Under the pieces are notes generated by a model that ran no database searches, was not told where the DNA came from, and saw nothing but the letters and a program-made list of their open reading frames with translations. 64,000 bases of DNA from Sphaerospermopsis sp. SIO1G1 (GTDB lineage: Bacteria; Cyanobacteriota; Cyanobacteriia; Cyanobacteriales; Nostocaceae): contig JAAHFX010000009.1 in NCBI GenBank assembly GCA_010672785.1, positions 2,690-66,689 of the forward strand, in the 5' to 3' direction. Below, one piece after another: positions 1 to 9,471 of the stretch. The position numbers were made by a program, and so were the translations under genes. Position 1 is the first letter of the stretch. Every line of letters begins with the position of its first letter.

Positions 1-648
1 AATTAACGGCCATAAAAAATCACTCCAAGCACCAATAAAAACAAAAATTCCTAAAGTTACCAAAGCTGGACGAATAGCTGGTAACATAATAAACCACCAT
101 AATCCTAACTCAGAAGTTCCATCTAAACGTGCAGCTTCTTCTAACTCTTTGGGTACTCCTAGAAAAGCTTGTCTTAATAAAAAAATACCAAAAGCTGAAG
201 CTAAACTAGGGAAAATCATTCCTAAATAACTATTAGTTAAACCTAGCTGAACTGTGAGAATATATAAAGGTATCATCACAATTTGAAAGGGAATCATAAT
301 TGTGGTGACAATAGTTAAAAAAATGATGTTCCTACCTACAAATGATAATCTCGCTAAGGGATAAGCAGCTAAGGAACAAAATAGCAGATTTAATCCTACA
401 GTTAATAGAGATACTATGATACTGTTATATAAATATTGCCCAAAAGGTAAAGATTCCCAAACACGGGAATAGTTATTTAATGTTGGTTGGTTGGGTAGTA
501 ATTGGGGTGGTGTTTGTAAAAGATTTTCGGTAGGTGATTTTAAAGATGTGCTAATTAACCAAAGTAAGGGAAATAGGGTTAGAAGTGCGATCGCTGTTAA
601 AATTAGATATGTTAAGAAAATTTGTTGTTTTGATTTTTGGATGTTCAT
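1..648 (-). CDS. Carbohydrate ABC transporter permease (CUT1/MalG-like), runs off the window start
   Basis: Manual translation from ATG at 648: MNIQKSKQQIFLTYLILTAIALLTLFPLLWLISTSLKSP...PKELEEAARLDG...LPAIRPALVTLGIFVFIGAWSDFLWPLI, containing the EAA loop. Not in the ORF track because it is open-ended. Confidence 0.88.
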   Translation of the reverse strand, partial: MNIQKSKQQIFLTYLILTAIALLTLFPLLWLISTSLKSPTENLLQTPPQLLPNQPTLNNYSRVWESLPFGQYLYNSIIVSLLTVGLNLLFCSLAAYPLARLSFVGRNIIFLTIVTTIMIPFQIVMIPLYILTVQLGLTNSYLGMIFPSLASAFGIFLLRQAFLGVPKELEEAARLDGTSELGLWWFIMLPAIRPALVTLGIFVFIGAWSDFLWPLI

Positions 649-737
649 ATTTTTGTTTTGCTCAAAGACGCTAAGAAGCAAAGATGCGAAGAAAGATATA
701 AATTTATGGAGAATCTGGGGTATTATGCCAGTAGTCT

Positions 738-2510
738 TTGATGATTGCTAGAGATGTTATGTTTTTGTCAATGAGACGTAAATTCTATATCTTAGTTTTA
801 TTTTTTCTGGTAGTATATTTGACGTTAGTGGGTGTACCTTCTTGGGGTCAGGGAACTATGATATCATCACCACAACTTTTAACAGATCCATTTTTGCAAT
901 TACCTACGGAAAATTCTGTGCGGGTGGTTTGGTTTACGGAGTTTGTGGGTGAAAAACATTTTGTTGTGTATGGAGAAAAGTTGGATCAAAGTGCGATCGC
1001 AAATACTACTAAGTTAAGTCGTACTAGGGAAGATCAATTATCTAGGGTAGGAAAGCAAACTGAAAATGGAGAAGTTTATCAACAACCTGTAAAACGGGAA
1101 ATTTGGCGACATGAAGCGGAAGTTATCGGTTTAAATTCCCATTCTTCAGTTCCTTATTATGTCACCAGTATTAGAAAAGATGGGGAAAAAGTTAATAGTG
1201 AAGTTTTCACCCTTACAGCAACTCCAAAACCAGAGAAACCTTTAAAAATTCTCCTCACTTCTGATCATCAATTAAAACCGATGACGGCCGCAAATTTACA
1301 AAAGGTGGAAGAAACTGTTGGTAAAGTTGATGGGGTTTGGTTTGCTGGAGATTTAATTAATGTACCAGATCGTGCTTCGGAATGGTTTGATGATAATCGT
1401 GGAAATGCTTTATTTCCTGGTTTGCAAGGTCGCGCTAATTATACAATGGAATATGATGGTAGAAAGGTAACTTATACCGGGGGTAAAATTATTCAAAATG
1501 CACCAATGTTTACCTGTATTGGTAATCATGAAGTCATGGGAAGATATGCAAGAACTGATAATTTAGATGCTGAATTTAATGATACTATTCCTCGTGATGT
1601 AGCTGAAAAATTATATGGGGTAAAAGATTTAAAAAGTAATTCATTTAATACCGATACCTACGAAGAAATTTTCACCTTACCGGAATCTAAGACTGGTGGA
1701 AAAACCTATTATGCTGTTACCTTTGGTGATACTCGATTGGTAGTTTTATATATTACGAATATGTGGCGACATCCACAGTTAGAATCTAGCAGAAAAGGTA
1801 GATATGTGGAAGCTGAAAAAGATTTAGATAATCCCGAAAATTTGGGTTATGGACAATTAATTTATGAACCAGTTTTTCGAGGTAGTGATCAATATAATTG
1901 GCTGCAAAAAGAATTAGAAAGTTCTGAATTTAAACAGGCTAAATACAAAGTTGTTATGTTCCATCATCCCCCTCATACTTTAGGAGATAACATCGTTCCA
2001 CCTTACACTAATCCTATACAAATAATCAAAAGAGATGAAAATGGAAACATTCAATCTATCAATTATGAATATCCTAAAAATGCAGATTATATAATTCGGG
2101 ATGTGATACCTTTATTGGAATCTGCTAAAGTACAGTTAGTATTTTATGGACATTCCCATTTGTGGAATAGGTTTGTAAGTGAAAGTGGAATTAACTTTTT
2201 AGAAACTTCTAATGTAGGTAATTCCTATGGTGCAGCGTGGGGTGAAAAAGAAAGGAATATTCCCAGTAATTATCCAGAAAATGATTATACCCGAATTGGA
2301 GATCCTAATGGTTTAGAACCGGTGATACCTAGTATTGCACCATTGGTAGGAGAAGATGGGAAAGCACTACCTTATATTGCTAGTAATGATATTACTGTTT
2401 TTAGTATTTTTGATACGGGAACAGGTACAATTAGTAGTTATCGGTTTGATACTAGAAAACCTGATTCAGAAGTTGTTAAATTCGATGAATTTATGATTGG
2501 TGATGGGTGA
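738..2510 (+). CDS. Secreted metallophosphoesterase (purple acid phosphatase-like)
   Basis: N-terminal hydrophobic signal; calcineurin-like motifs SDHQ, GDL, GNHE, HHP, GHSH. Confidence 0.8.
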   Translation: MMIARDVMFLSMRRKFYILVLFFLVVYLTLVGVPSWGQGTMISSPQLLTDPFLQLPTENSVRVVWFTEFVGEKHFVVYGEKLDQSAIANTTKLSRTREDQLSRVGKQTENGEVYQQPVKREIWRHEAEVIGLNSHSSVPYYVTSIRKDGEKVNSEVFTLTATPKPEKPLKILLTSDHQLKPMTAANLQKVEETVGKVDGVWFAGDLINVPDRASEWFDDNRGNALFPGLQGRANYTMEYDGRKVTYTGGKIIQNAPMFTCIGNHEVMGRYARTDNLDAEFNDTIPRDVAEKLYGVKDLKSNSFNTDTYEEIFTLPESKTGGKTYYAVTFGDTRLVVLYITNMWRHPQLESSRKGRYVEAEKDLDNPENLGYGQLIYEPVFRGSDQYNWLQKELESSEFKQAKYKVVMFHHPPHTLGDNIVPPYTNPIQIIKRDENGNIQSINYEYPKNADYIIRDVIPLLESAKVQLVFYGHSHLWNRFVSESGINFLETSNVGNSYGAAWGEKERNIPSNYPENDYTRIGDPNGLEPVIPSIAPLVGEDGKALPYIASNDITVFSIFDTGTGTISSYRFDTRKPDSEVVKFDEFMIGDG

Positions 2511-2518
2511 TTTGTTAA

Positions 2519-2800
2519 TTATGATTTTTTGAAAAGTGACTCCACTTTCCTAACATTATCAATTACAGTAGCATAATTAGTCAAGGGAAGCATAAAATCG
2601 CCATGAGTACCTAACACCATTGATTTCACATCTGCTGGTGCAATTCCCAATCCTAAAGCAATAAAAGTTTCAAATTTAGCTGAGTCTAAAACCCCCACCA
2701 TTCCCATAACTTTGTGTTTGGATAAACCTGTCGTTTTCCAGGGTAAATAAGTCATTACTTCCAAAGGGTTAGTAACAACAATAAAAATAGCATAATTATT
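2519..2800 (-). pseudogene. mdh: Malate dehydrogenase internal remnant
   Basis: The frame reads NAIFIVVTNPLEVMTYLPWKTTGLSKHKVMGMVGVLDSAKFETFIA...VLGTHGDFMLPLTNYATV, the central LDH/MDH segment. The Rossmann N-terminus and the C-terminus are absent, and there is an in-frame stop at 2810-2812 upstream. Confidence 0.82.
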
Positions 2801-2909
2801 GATTACGAATTAGAAGTGAGGACTCAGGAGAAATAAGAATTAATTTTTCTCTCCATCATCCAATTTACTCCTTTTTTTATTCTCTATGACAAGAATAAAT
2901 GGGAAATTT

Positions 2910-3125
2910 TTATTTAAACTCTTCCAATTGTTCTAACTTTAACCAAATGTTCGGAGTTGGTACTTTTCCAAACTTGACTAAAGCATAATCACCTTTGACA
3001 TCTACTATTTCCCCTTTACTCTCAAATAAATAGGAAGGAAACCGAGTATCACTAGCTTTAGCTTCCACACTGTTTTCCAACTTTTCGCGGATAGCGCGAA
3101 CCATAGTTCCTTTTTTTACTGGCAT
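2910..3125 (-). CDS. ndhO: NAD(P)H-quinone oxidoreductase (NDH-1) subunit O
   Basis: 71 aa; [32 protein letters not shown]...PTPNIWL matches cyanobacterial NdhO. Confidence 0.92.
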   Translation of the reverse strand: MPVKKGTMVRAIREKLENSVEAKASDTRFPSYLFESKGEIVDVKGDYALVKFGKVPTPNIWLKLEQLEEFK

Positions 3126-3266
3126 GAGTTATCCTCACAAATTCATCAATGTTCTTAATGAAAATTCTATCTTGTATTTACAAGAAATATGACCACCTAA
3201 TTTTTTCTCAGGGGTTTTAAAAAGAGTTTTTACTGACAACTGAAGACTAAATGCTGAGTTTTATAA

Positions 3267-4256
3267 TTAATTTACAGATTGTAGCCAAGTTTCTAAATCT
3301 GTAACAGAAGAAAAATCTAACAAAGCTTCTCCCAGTTCCTCCAGTTGTTCAACTGATAATGCTTGAATTTTTTGAATTAATGATGACTCAATTTCACCAA
3401 TTCGGCGATTTAGTTGACGGATAATTAGAGTTTCTTCTCCTTGTTGTAGTCCTTGCTGTAGTCCTTGTTGTAGTCCTTGTTGTAGTCCTTGTTGTAGTCC
3501 TTGTTGTAGTCCTTGTTGTAGTCCTTGTTGTACTGCTTGTGCTTTAAGTTCTTCTAATTGTTGTTGATAAATTTGAGATAACTTCATAATCAACTCCTGA
3601 TCATCTTTATCAATATCTTCTGCTTGACGTTGACGCGCTGATAAAACTGCAATGAGGTCATTTACTAATTGTATGATATGGAAAAGGGCGGGAGTATTTT
3701 TAGATAATTCTTCCAATTCTTCAACTGCTTGTCGCTGAACTTTCCCTTTACCTAATATCCTCAGAAATAGAGTTTCTGGTGTTTTCGGGAGTTGATGAAT
3801 GGCCACAATTATGGTTTTTAATCCTTCTCCCAAAAAATAAATCCCTTTACACCAGTTGTCCGTATCAACGGTAGTATTGAAACTTGCTAAGAGTTCTTCT
3901 GATGCAGTCGGAGAAAAAATCCATAACCGAGGTAATTCTGCTTCATGAAGACGGGTATTATTACGGTTAGACTGACGCTCTAATTCTGCATGGATATCAA
4001 ATAACTTACCCATACAACTGCGAATTTCACTTTTTGTAACCGCATTACGAAATGGCTCAAATACAGCATAATTCCTGGCCATTTTTCCTAATATTCCCAG
4101 TCTTTCAACATTTTCTGATTCAGATGCAGGAATAAATAAAATGTCTATTTGTCTAACTTCTGCTGTGATATCTTTGCTAGTTTCTACTTTTCCATAGGGT
4201 GTTAATAGTTCAGTGAGATATTGTTTAGCAAATTGATCGTGTATAAAGCGTGTCAT
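3267..4256 (-). CDS. Rpn-family/PD-(D/E)XK-like protein with C-terminal DUF4351
   Basis: N-terminal HDQFAKQYL...EVRQIDILF...VFEPFR; QQGL repeats; C-terminal LIIRQLNRRIG...LSVEQLEELGEALLDFSSVTDLETWL (DUF4351). Confidence 0.8.
   Translation of the reverse strand: MTRFIHDQFAKQYLTELLTPYGKVETSKDITAEVRQIDILFIPASESENVERLGILGKMARNYAVFEPFRNAVTKSEIRSCMGKLFDIHAELERQSNRNNTRLHEAELPRLWIFSPTASEELLASFNTTVDTDNWCKGIYFLGEGLKTIIVAIHQLPKTPETLFLRILGKGKVQRQAVEELEELSKNTPALFHIIQLVNDLIAVLSARQRQAEDIDKDDQELIMKLSQIYQQQLEELKAQAVQQGLQQGLQQGLQQGLQQGLQQGLQQGLQQGEETLIIRQLNRRIGEIESSLIQKIQALSVEQLEELGEALLDFSSVTDLETWLQSVN
3439..3530. repeat. Intragenic 12-bp tandem repeat encoding (QQGL)7-QQG
   Basis: CCTTGTTGTAGT x7 (one variant CCTTGCTGTAGT) plus a partial unit. 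Confidence 0.95.
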
Positions 4257-4296
4257 TCATTTAAGTTTATTTGAGAGGGAACAGGGAACAGAAAAT

Positions 4297-5157
4297 CTAC
4301 TTTTGACAACGATCGCAAAAATGACTGGAACGCCCACCCAATTTAATTTTCTGAATCACATTACCACATACTTTACACGGTTCTCCAGCCCGGTTATAAA
4401 CCCAAGCTTCACCACCATAGTTACCATTGACACCTTTAATGTTGAGGAAATTACTAAAAGTTGTTCCCCCAGCGGCAATACTAGCTGATAAAACATCTAT
4501 AATTGCTGTTCTTAAAGGTGCTATTTGTTTTTGATCTAATTCTGCACAGATGGTTGTTGGTAAAATACCACTTTTAAACAAAGCTTCATCAGCGTAAATG
4601 TTACCCAACCCAGCTACTACTGATTGATCCAATAAAGCAGTTTTAATCGGACGACGGGATCTTTCTAATTTATTCCCTAAATACTCTACTGTAAATTCTG
4701 GAGCAAATGGATCAACTGCCAGTTTGGCTAAACCTGTAATAATCGTTTCCACCGGAACGCTACTGGGAACATACCACATTTGCCCAAAGGTGCGCTGATC
4801 CACAAATCTTAATTCTTGGCCATTTTCAAAAAATAATCTGACTCTGGTGTGTTTGTGTAAGGGTTCATCTTGATTTAACCACAGTAATTGGCCTGTCATT
4901 CGCAAATGAACACCTAACCAAGGTAGAGATGGGGAAGTAGGGAGATGGGAAGCTGGAGTAAGTTCAGCTAGCAGATATTTACCGCGACGATGCCAAGATT
5001 TAATCTGATTAGTTTTAATATTTTCTATAAACTCAACCACAGAAAAAGGGTGAGCTATGGTGCGCTGTAGCAACACATCTCCCCCTGTGATTGTATGATT
5101 TAGGGTTAATTGATTTAAACCCCTTCTTACTATTTCAACTTCAGGCAGTTCAGGCAT
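4297..5157 (-). CDS. mutM: Formamidopyrimidine-DNA glycosylase
   Basis: N-terminal PELPEVE; H2TH motif LLDQSVVAGLGNIYADE; C-terminal zinc finger CKVC...CDRCQ. Confidence 0.97.
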   Translation of the reverse strand: MPELPEVEIVRRGLNQLTLNHTITGGDVLLQRTIAHPFSVVEFIENIKTNQIKSWHRRGKYLLAELTPASHLPTSPSLPWLGVHLRMTGQLLWLNQDEPLHKHTRVRLFFENGQELRFVDQRTFGQMWYVPSSVPVETIITGLAKLAVDPFAPEFTVEYLGNKLERSRRPIKTALLDQSVVAGLGNIYADEALFKSGILPTTICAELDQKQIAPLRTAIIDVLSASIAAGGTTFSNFLNIKGVNGNYGGEAWVYNRAGEPCKVCGNVIQKIKLGGRSSHFCDRCQK

Positions 5158-5262
5158 TTTGTAGAATATTGAGTTCTGATGAAAATTTAAAGATTATGGA
5201 ACAGCATCTCACAGTTTACTGTTTTTGTCCTTAACACTCAGAACTCAGTATTGAGAGAATGC

Positions 5263-5472
5263 TTATTTTGCTTTAGCTTTAGGAGCTTCTACTTCAAACA
5301 ATTCATCTAAAGCGAAGTTGTTGGTGTTGACTCCAGAGTAGTTAACCTTGTCGAAACGAACAATTACTGGGTACTTGATACCGCTTTTGTCAACAGTAGC
5401 GACTGTACCTACTTCCTGAAACCAGTAAGACTCAGGACGAAGGATACGAACTTTAGAACCGCGTTGAACCAT
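5263..5472 (-). CDS. psaE: Photosystem I subunit IV
   Basis: [28 protein letters not shown]...[20 protein letters not shown]. Confidence 0.97.
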   Translation of the reverse strand: MVQRGSKVRILRPESYWFQEVGTVATVDKSGIKYPVIVRFDKVNYSGVNTNNFALDELFEVEAPKAKAK

Positions 5473-5772
5473 GATGATTTTCCCTTTAAACGTTCAATTG
5501 ACAATAAATTAGGGCTATTTGACTTCAGTCTAAAACTTTTTCAGTCATGGTCAAGAATCTGAATAAAATCTTAACGGCTTTGATGATAAGTGCAGTGGAA
5601 AAATTTGTCCCATTTCTGCATACACAAGTTATGTCTTAAGTTATGAGTACCCCAGCAAAATTAATTGCACATACTGATAAAATACAGAACTAGCTGTATT
5701 GATTAGCTGTTAAGTGTTCTCTGTTCCCTATTCCCTCCCCGACGCTTCATTAAAATTTGTAAGTCCTAATGA

Positions 5773-6603
5773 CTAGGGAACAGCCAGTTGATAAGGTTGT
5801 TGTGTTCCTAAAGGTGTAATTACTTGTGCTTCTACTTGGCGATTGGGGGGTAAAGGAACAGTAATATCAAATTTACCACTAGGTTCAATATCAATCGGTT
5901 TTTGAAATACTTTTACTAGATTAACTGGATCAACAGTACCTACAATTCTCACCTGATTTCCACTTGCTACAAGCTGAATTACATTTAAGCTAGGATTGTC
6001 TCGAAGGGGAACAGGAGGTGTGGGGGGTTTTCCGGGAATGGTTAAATTTTGAAATCCAGCATTTACTAGTACCGTTTTCCCTTGAGCGCTAGTGGCCACA
6101 CTACCTGTCTTTGTACCCACACCAGTTTTACCATTGTCTTGAACGCTGACACCAAATTCAGTCCCTCTCACTCCTGCTACTCCAGCAGGGGTACTAATTT
6201 CTACACGGGAAGTATCATGTGTGAGACGACGAAGTTGTAGACGAACCTGTCCAGATTTGACTAATAGTTGAGTAATTCTACCACCATCTGGCTCTTTACT
6301 GAGTTTGTTGACGGAGACAATAGTATTTTCTGCGATGTTGACAAAACCAGTACCAACATCTATTGCTAGAACTGCACTACCACCTTTTTTAGTAATAATT
6401 GTGTCTCCTACTGATTTGAGTCTCAAACCCTTTTTTGCTGGTTGAGATTTTTGTCCGCTGACGTATATAACTTGACCTCTGGAGCGTCTTAATTCTAACC
6501 AACGATTAACTTTTACCCTAAATGTATCCGCAGATGAGGCATTAATGGTACTTAATAATGCGATAGAAACAAAAGTAAGTTGATAAATCCACTTATTTTT
6601 CAT
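5773..6603 (-). CDS. Secreted FecR-domain protein
   Basis: Signal peptide; GDTIIT...EISTPAGVAGVRGTEFGV FecR-type motif. Confidence 0.78.
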   Translation of the reverse strand: MKNKWIYQLTFVSIALLSTINASSADTFRVKVNRWLELRRSRGQVIYVSGQKSQPAKKGLRLKSVGDTIITKKGGSAVLAIDVGTGFVNIAENTIVSVNKLSKEPDGGRITQLLVKSGQVRLQLRRLTHDTSRVEISTPAGVAGVRGTEFGVSVQDNGKTGVGTKTGSVATSAQGKTVLVNAGFQNLTIPGKPPTPPVPLRDNPSLNVIQLVASGNQVRIVGTVDPVNLVKVFQKPIDIEPSGKFDITVPLPPNRQVEAQVITPLGTQQPYQLAVP

Positions 6604-6679
6604 ATTTAAAACCTCTTAATTGTTAATATGATTTGCCATTAATAAGATGTTTAATTAATTTTATTTGTGTACTTAATTA

Positions 6680-7054
6680 TTAGCGAGAATATATGACTCT
6701 GGCATCAATTCCTTGGGAATTTAAGACATTAGTCCAACACTGTGCTTGAAATCTATTTTTATATCCCCCTGCATAGATATAAGGGCCGAGCCTATTTCGG
6801 GTGATAAATGCGTTTTGAACAGACTTTCTAACTTGGTTTAATAATTGTCGGGAATTGCCTGGAACAATAACTATATAGGGTTTTTCTGATCTTTGTCCAA
6901 TCACAATAACTGGTCTAATCCAACTATCACTCACAGACTGCGCTATGTTAGTTCTATTTGATAAACTGCAAGGGAATGTTTGGCCGACAGTTGGAGATGA
7001 TATGGTTTGCCAAGTAATTACTGTGATTATGCTTGTAATTAGATATTTATTCAC
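6680..7054 (-). CDS. Small secreted hypothetical protein, possibly SPOR-like C-terminus
   Basis: Signal-like N-terminus; C-terminal YIYAGGYKNRFQAQCWTNVLNSQGIDARVIY resembles the SPOR pattern. Confidence 0.55.
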   Translation of the reverse strand: MNKYLITSIITVITWQTISSPTVGQTFPCSLSNRTNIAQSVSDSWIRPVIVIGQRSEKPYIVIVPGNSRQLLNQVRKSVQNAFITRNRLGPYIYAGGYKNRFQAQCWTNVLNSQGIDARVIYSR

Positions 7055-7232
7055 TTATTCACCAATTAATATAAATTTCCGATGTTGCTGATTCAATGTA
7101 TAATTTCATTGCACATAGAGGTGCTTTCTTTTCAGAGATTTAGATTTTCATTTTTTGAGCTTATGTTTTCTGTTAATTTCCCTTTTCTCAAAAATAATTA
7201 TACAGCAATTTTGGGGTAAATTATTTACACTC

Positions 7233-7324
7233 AGGACTTACACAGAAGTTATGGAAGAATGAACCATGAAGGACACGAAGAAAACGAAGGTAAGAGGGTT
7301 TGAGAGGTATTTTGCGTAAGTCCT
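7233..7324. mobile_element. MITE-like repeat, family A (termini AGGACTTACGC...GCGTAAGTCCT)
   Basis: Terminal inverted repeats; interior similar to copies at 25743, 33378, 43033, 45782 and 63444. Confidence 0.8.
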
Positions 7325-7417
7325 ATGCTGTAAAAATTCTTTCCTTCCCAACTCTTGAAACTGTTCCCTGTTCCCTTGATTTGCTGCTATACATTTTACA
7401 TCTACGAAAGCTTATGT

Positions 7418-9361
7418 TTATCTCTGTGATCGTAATTGATGAGATTGTTGACCTGTGGTTTCTGTGCTTTTGTGCTTCATCATAATTTGCTCATCATTAA
7501 ATTCCTCATTTTTATAACCTATAACTGAATAAATCATTGTGAGTTTTTCCCTGCCACGTAATTGAATTTGATTAACATTTTGAGTGATAAAATGTTTTTT
7601 TACAAGTTGAAAAGTTGTTTCACTAATTAATATACTATAGGGGTTATTTTGCTGAATTTTTTTATTAAGTTGTTCTAGACGTGCAGCAATATTGACAGCA
7701 TCACCCAACACAGAATAATTTAACCTTTCTGATCCACCAATACTACCAGCAACAACTAAACCTGTGTGAATACCAATCCCGATATAAATTCTTGGTTTCC
7801 CTAACTTTTCTAATTCTTGATTTAATGTTATTAATCTTTTTTGCATGGCAATCGCAGCAGATACGGCATTAATAGCATCTTTTTCAATCTTTGCTGAGTT
7901 ATGATGCGGGAAAGGAATACCAAATACAGCCATGACTGCATCACCAATATATTTATCTACAATCCCATTATATTCGTGTACACATTCAGCCATAGCTGAG
8001 AGATAGTAATTTAACCAGTCTAATAAATTTTTTGGTTTCATCCCTTCAGAAATAGAAGTAAAATTGCGAATGTCACTAAACAAAACTGTAGCTACCATTT
8101 CTTGGGCTTCTAATTTACCTTTTTGAAATATTTCTGAACGATTATCCCAGATTAAATTTGCTGTTTCTGGAGAAACATGACGAGCAAATAAATTCATTAA
8201 TTGTTGCTTTTCATTTTGTTCTTGCCACTGTACCGTAAAAGCTGCTAAAAAAATAGTGATGATAGGAGATGTTGTAGGTAATAATAAATTAAAATTAGTG
8301 AGAGTAAAAATAGAGATTGCAAGCCAAGATAATGGTAGAAATAGCAAAATATAAATACGTTGGCAAGGTTTTAAAGGGAGAATGATAAAAATAGAACCTG
8401 TGCCAATTATTAGTAGGGTAAAAATTTCTATTTGCCAAGGTAAAATTTCGAGATTTCTCTGATTGAGTAAATTATCAATAACTGCGGCGTGTAGATAGAT
8501 ACCTGATGTTGGGGGGATTTTTTCAAAAGGAGTTTTTAATTGATCATTAGTACCTGTTGCTGTTAATCCCACCAGGATGATTTTATCTGTTAATTCGTTA
8601 GCATCTATTTTATTTTCAATGACATCAACGAAAGAATATGTTGTAAATTTATGAGTTGGAGCGATCCAATTAATCCAGATAGATTGAAGTGGGTTGTTTA
8701 ATTGTGGTTTGGGTATTTTAACTGTAGATTTCTGAGATATTTGGGAATTGGCTGTGATGGTGGATTCTAAACTATAATTATATGTTTCTAATAATTGAAC
8801 ACTCAAAGCCGGAATTTTATCTATATAGATGTAAGATTGACGAGTTACTCCATCCATGTCAGGATTACTAGCAATGTGACCTTGAGTTGTTACCTGATTT
8901 AATTCACGTATTGGACGAATAGTTTTTTGTTGTGAAGTGGGAGAAATAGCCAAAACAACATTACCACTCAATTCCATAGCTTCTGCTAAAGTTTGGTCAT
9001 GAATGGTAGGTTCAATAAATAAGATATCAAAACCTATAGCAGCGGGAAATGAAGGGGCTAGAGTGTCTAATAGTTGGGTATAGCGATCGCGGGAAATAGG
9101 AAATTCTCCATATTCAGCTAAGGTTTTATCATCAATACTTATTATGACTATACGTTCATCCCAATTATGATTAGATATGCGGGTACGGATATTGAACAGT
9201 AAATTAAATCCTAACAATTCTAATGTTGCCCACACACCTACCTGCCATAACCCCCAAGAAAGCACTGCTGTCACTAAATAAGGATTAAATAAATGCTTTT
9301 CAATTTGGGAAGTTGAGAAATGTTTACGTATATCCCTGAGAGGTTGCGGCCAAAATTTCAT
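7418..9361 (-). CDS. CHASE2-domain class III adenylate cyclase
   Basis: CHASE2 motifs IVIISIDD, IGFDILF, DMDGVTR, SGIYLHA; 3 TM segments; cyclase motifs FSDIRNFT, DKYIGD, YSVLGDAVNIAARLE. Confidence 0.9.
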   Translation of the reverse strand: MKFWPQPLRDIRKHFSTSQIEKHLFNPYLVTAVLSWGLWQVGVWATLELLGFNLLFNIRTRISNHNWDERIVIISIDDKTLAEYGEFPISRDRYTQLLDTLAPSFPAAIGFDILFIEPTIHDQTLAEAMELSGNVVLAISPTSQQKTIRPIRELNQVTTQGHIASNPDMDGVTRQSYIYIDKIPALSVQLLETYNYSLESTITANSQISQKSTVKIPKPQLNNPLQSIWINWIAPTHKFTTYSFVDVIENKIDANELTDKIILVGLTATGTNDQLKTPFEKIPPTSGIYLHAAVIDNLLNQRNLEILPWQIEIFTLLIIGTGSIFIILPLKPCQRIYILLFLPLSWLAISIFTLTNFNLLLPTTSPIITIFLAAFTVQWQEQNEKQQLMNLFARHVSPETANLIWDNRSEIFQKGKLEAQEMVATVLFSDIRNFTSISEGMKPKNLLDWLNYYLSAMAECVHEYNGIVDKYIGDAVMAVFGIPFPHHNSAKIEKDAINAVSAAIAMQKRLITLNQELEKLGKPRIYIGIGIHTGLVVAGSIGGSERLNYSVLGDAVNIAARLEQLNKKIQQNNPYSILISETTFQLVKKHFITQNVNQIQLRGREKLTMIYSVIGYKNEEFNDEQIMMKHKSTETTGQQSHQLRSQR

Positions 9362-9471
9362 TGAGTATGTTGCAAATTTTACTTTCTTGATGGTAAACGA
9401 ATACTCAAGGCGATCGCAACTTTACATATTACCTTAAACTAAATTTGTGTATTTTTTTTCTCTTGTAACCT

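Noticed and set aside
491-751. 86-aa + strand ORF
   Set aside because: Antisense shadow of the ABC permease (1-648, minus strand)
3267-4256. Active transposase
   Set aside because: No terminal inverted repeats or target duplication seen; the Rpn 'putative transposase' label is not evidence of mobility
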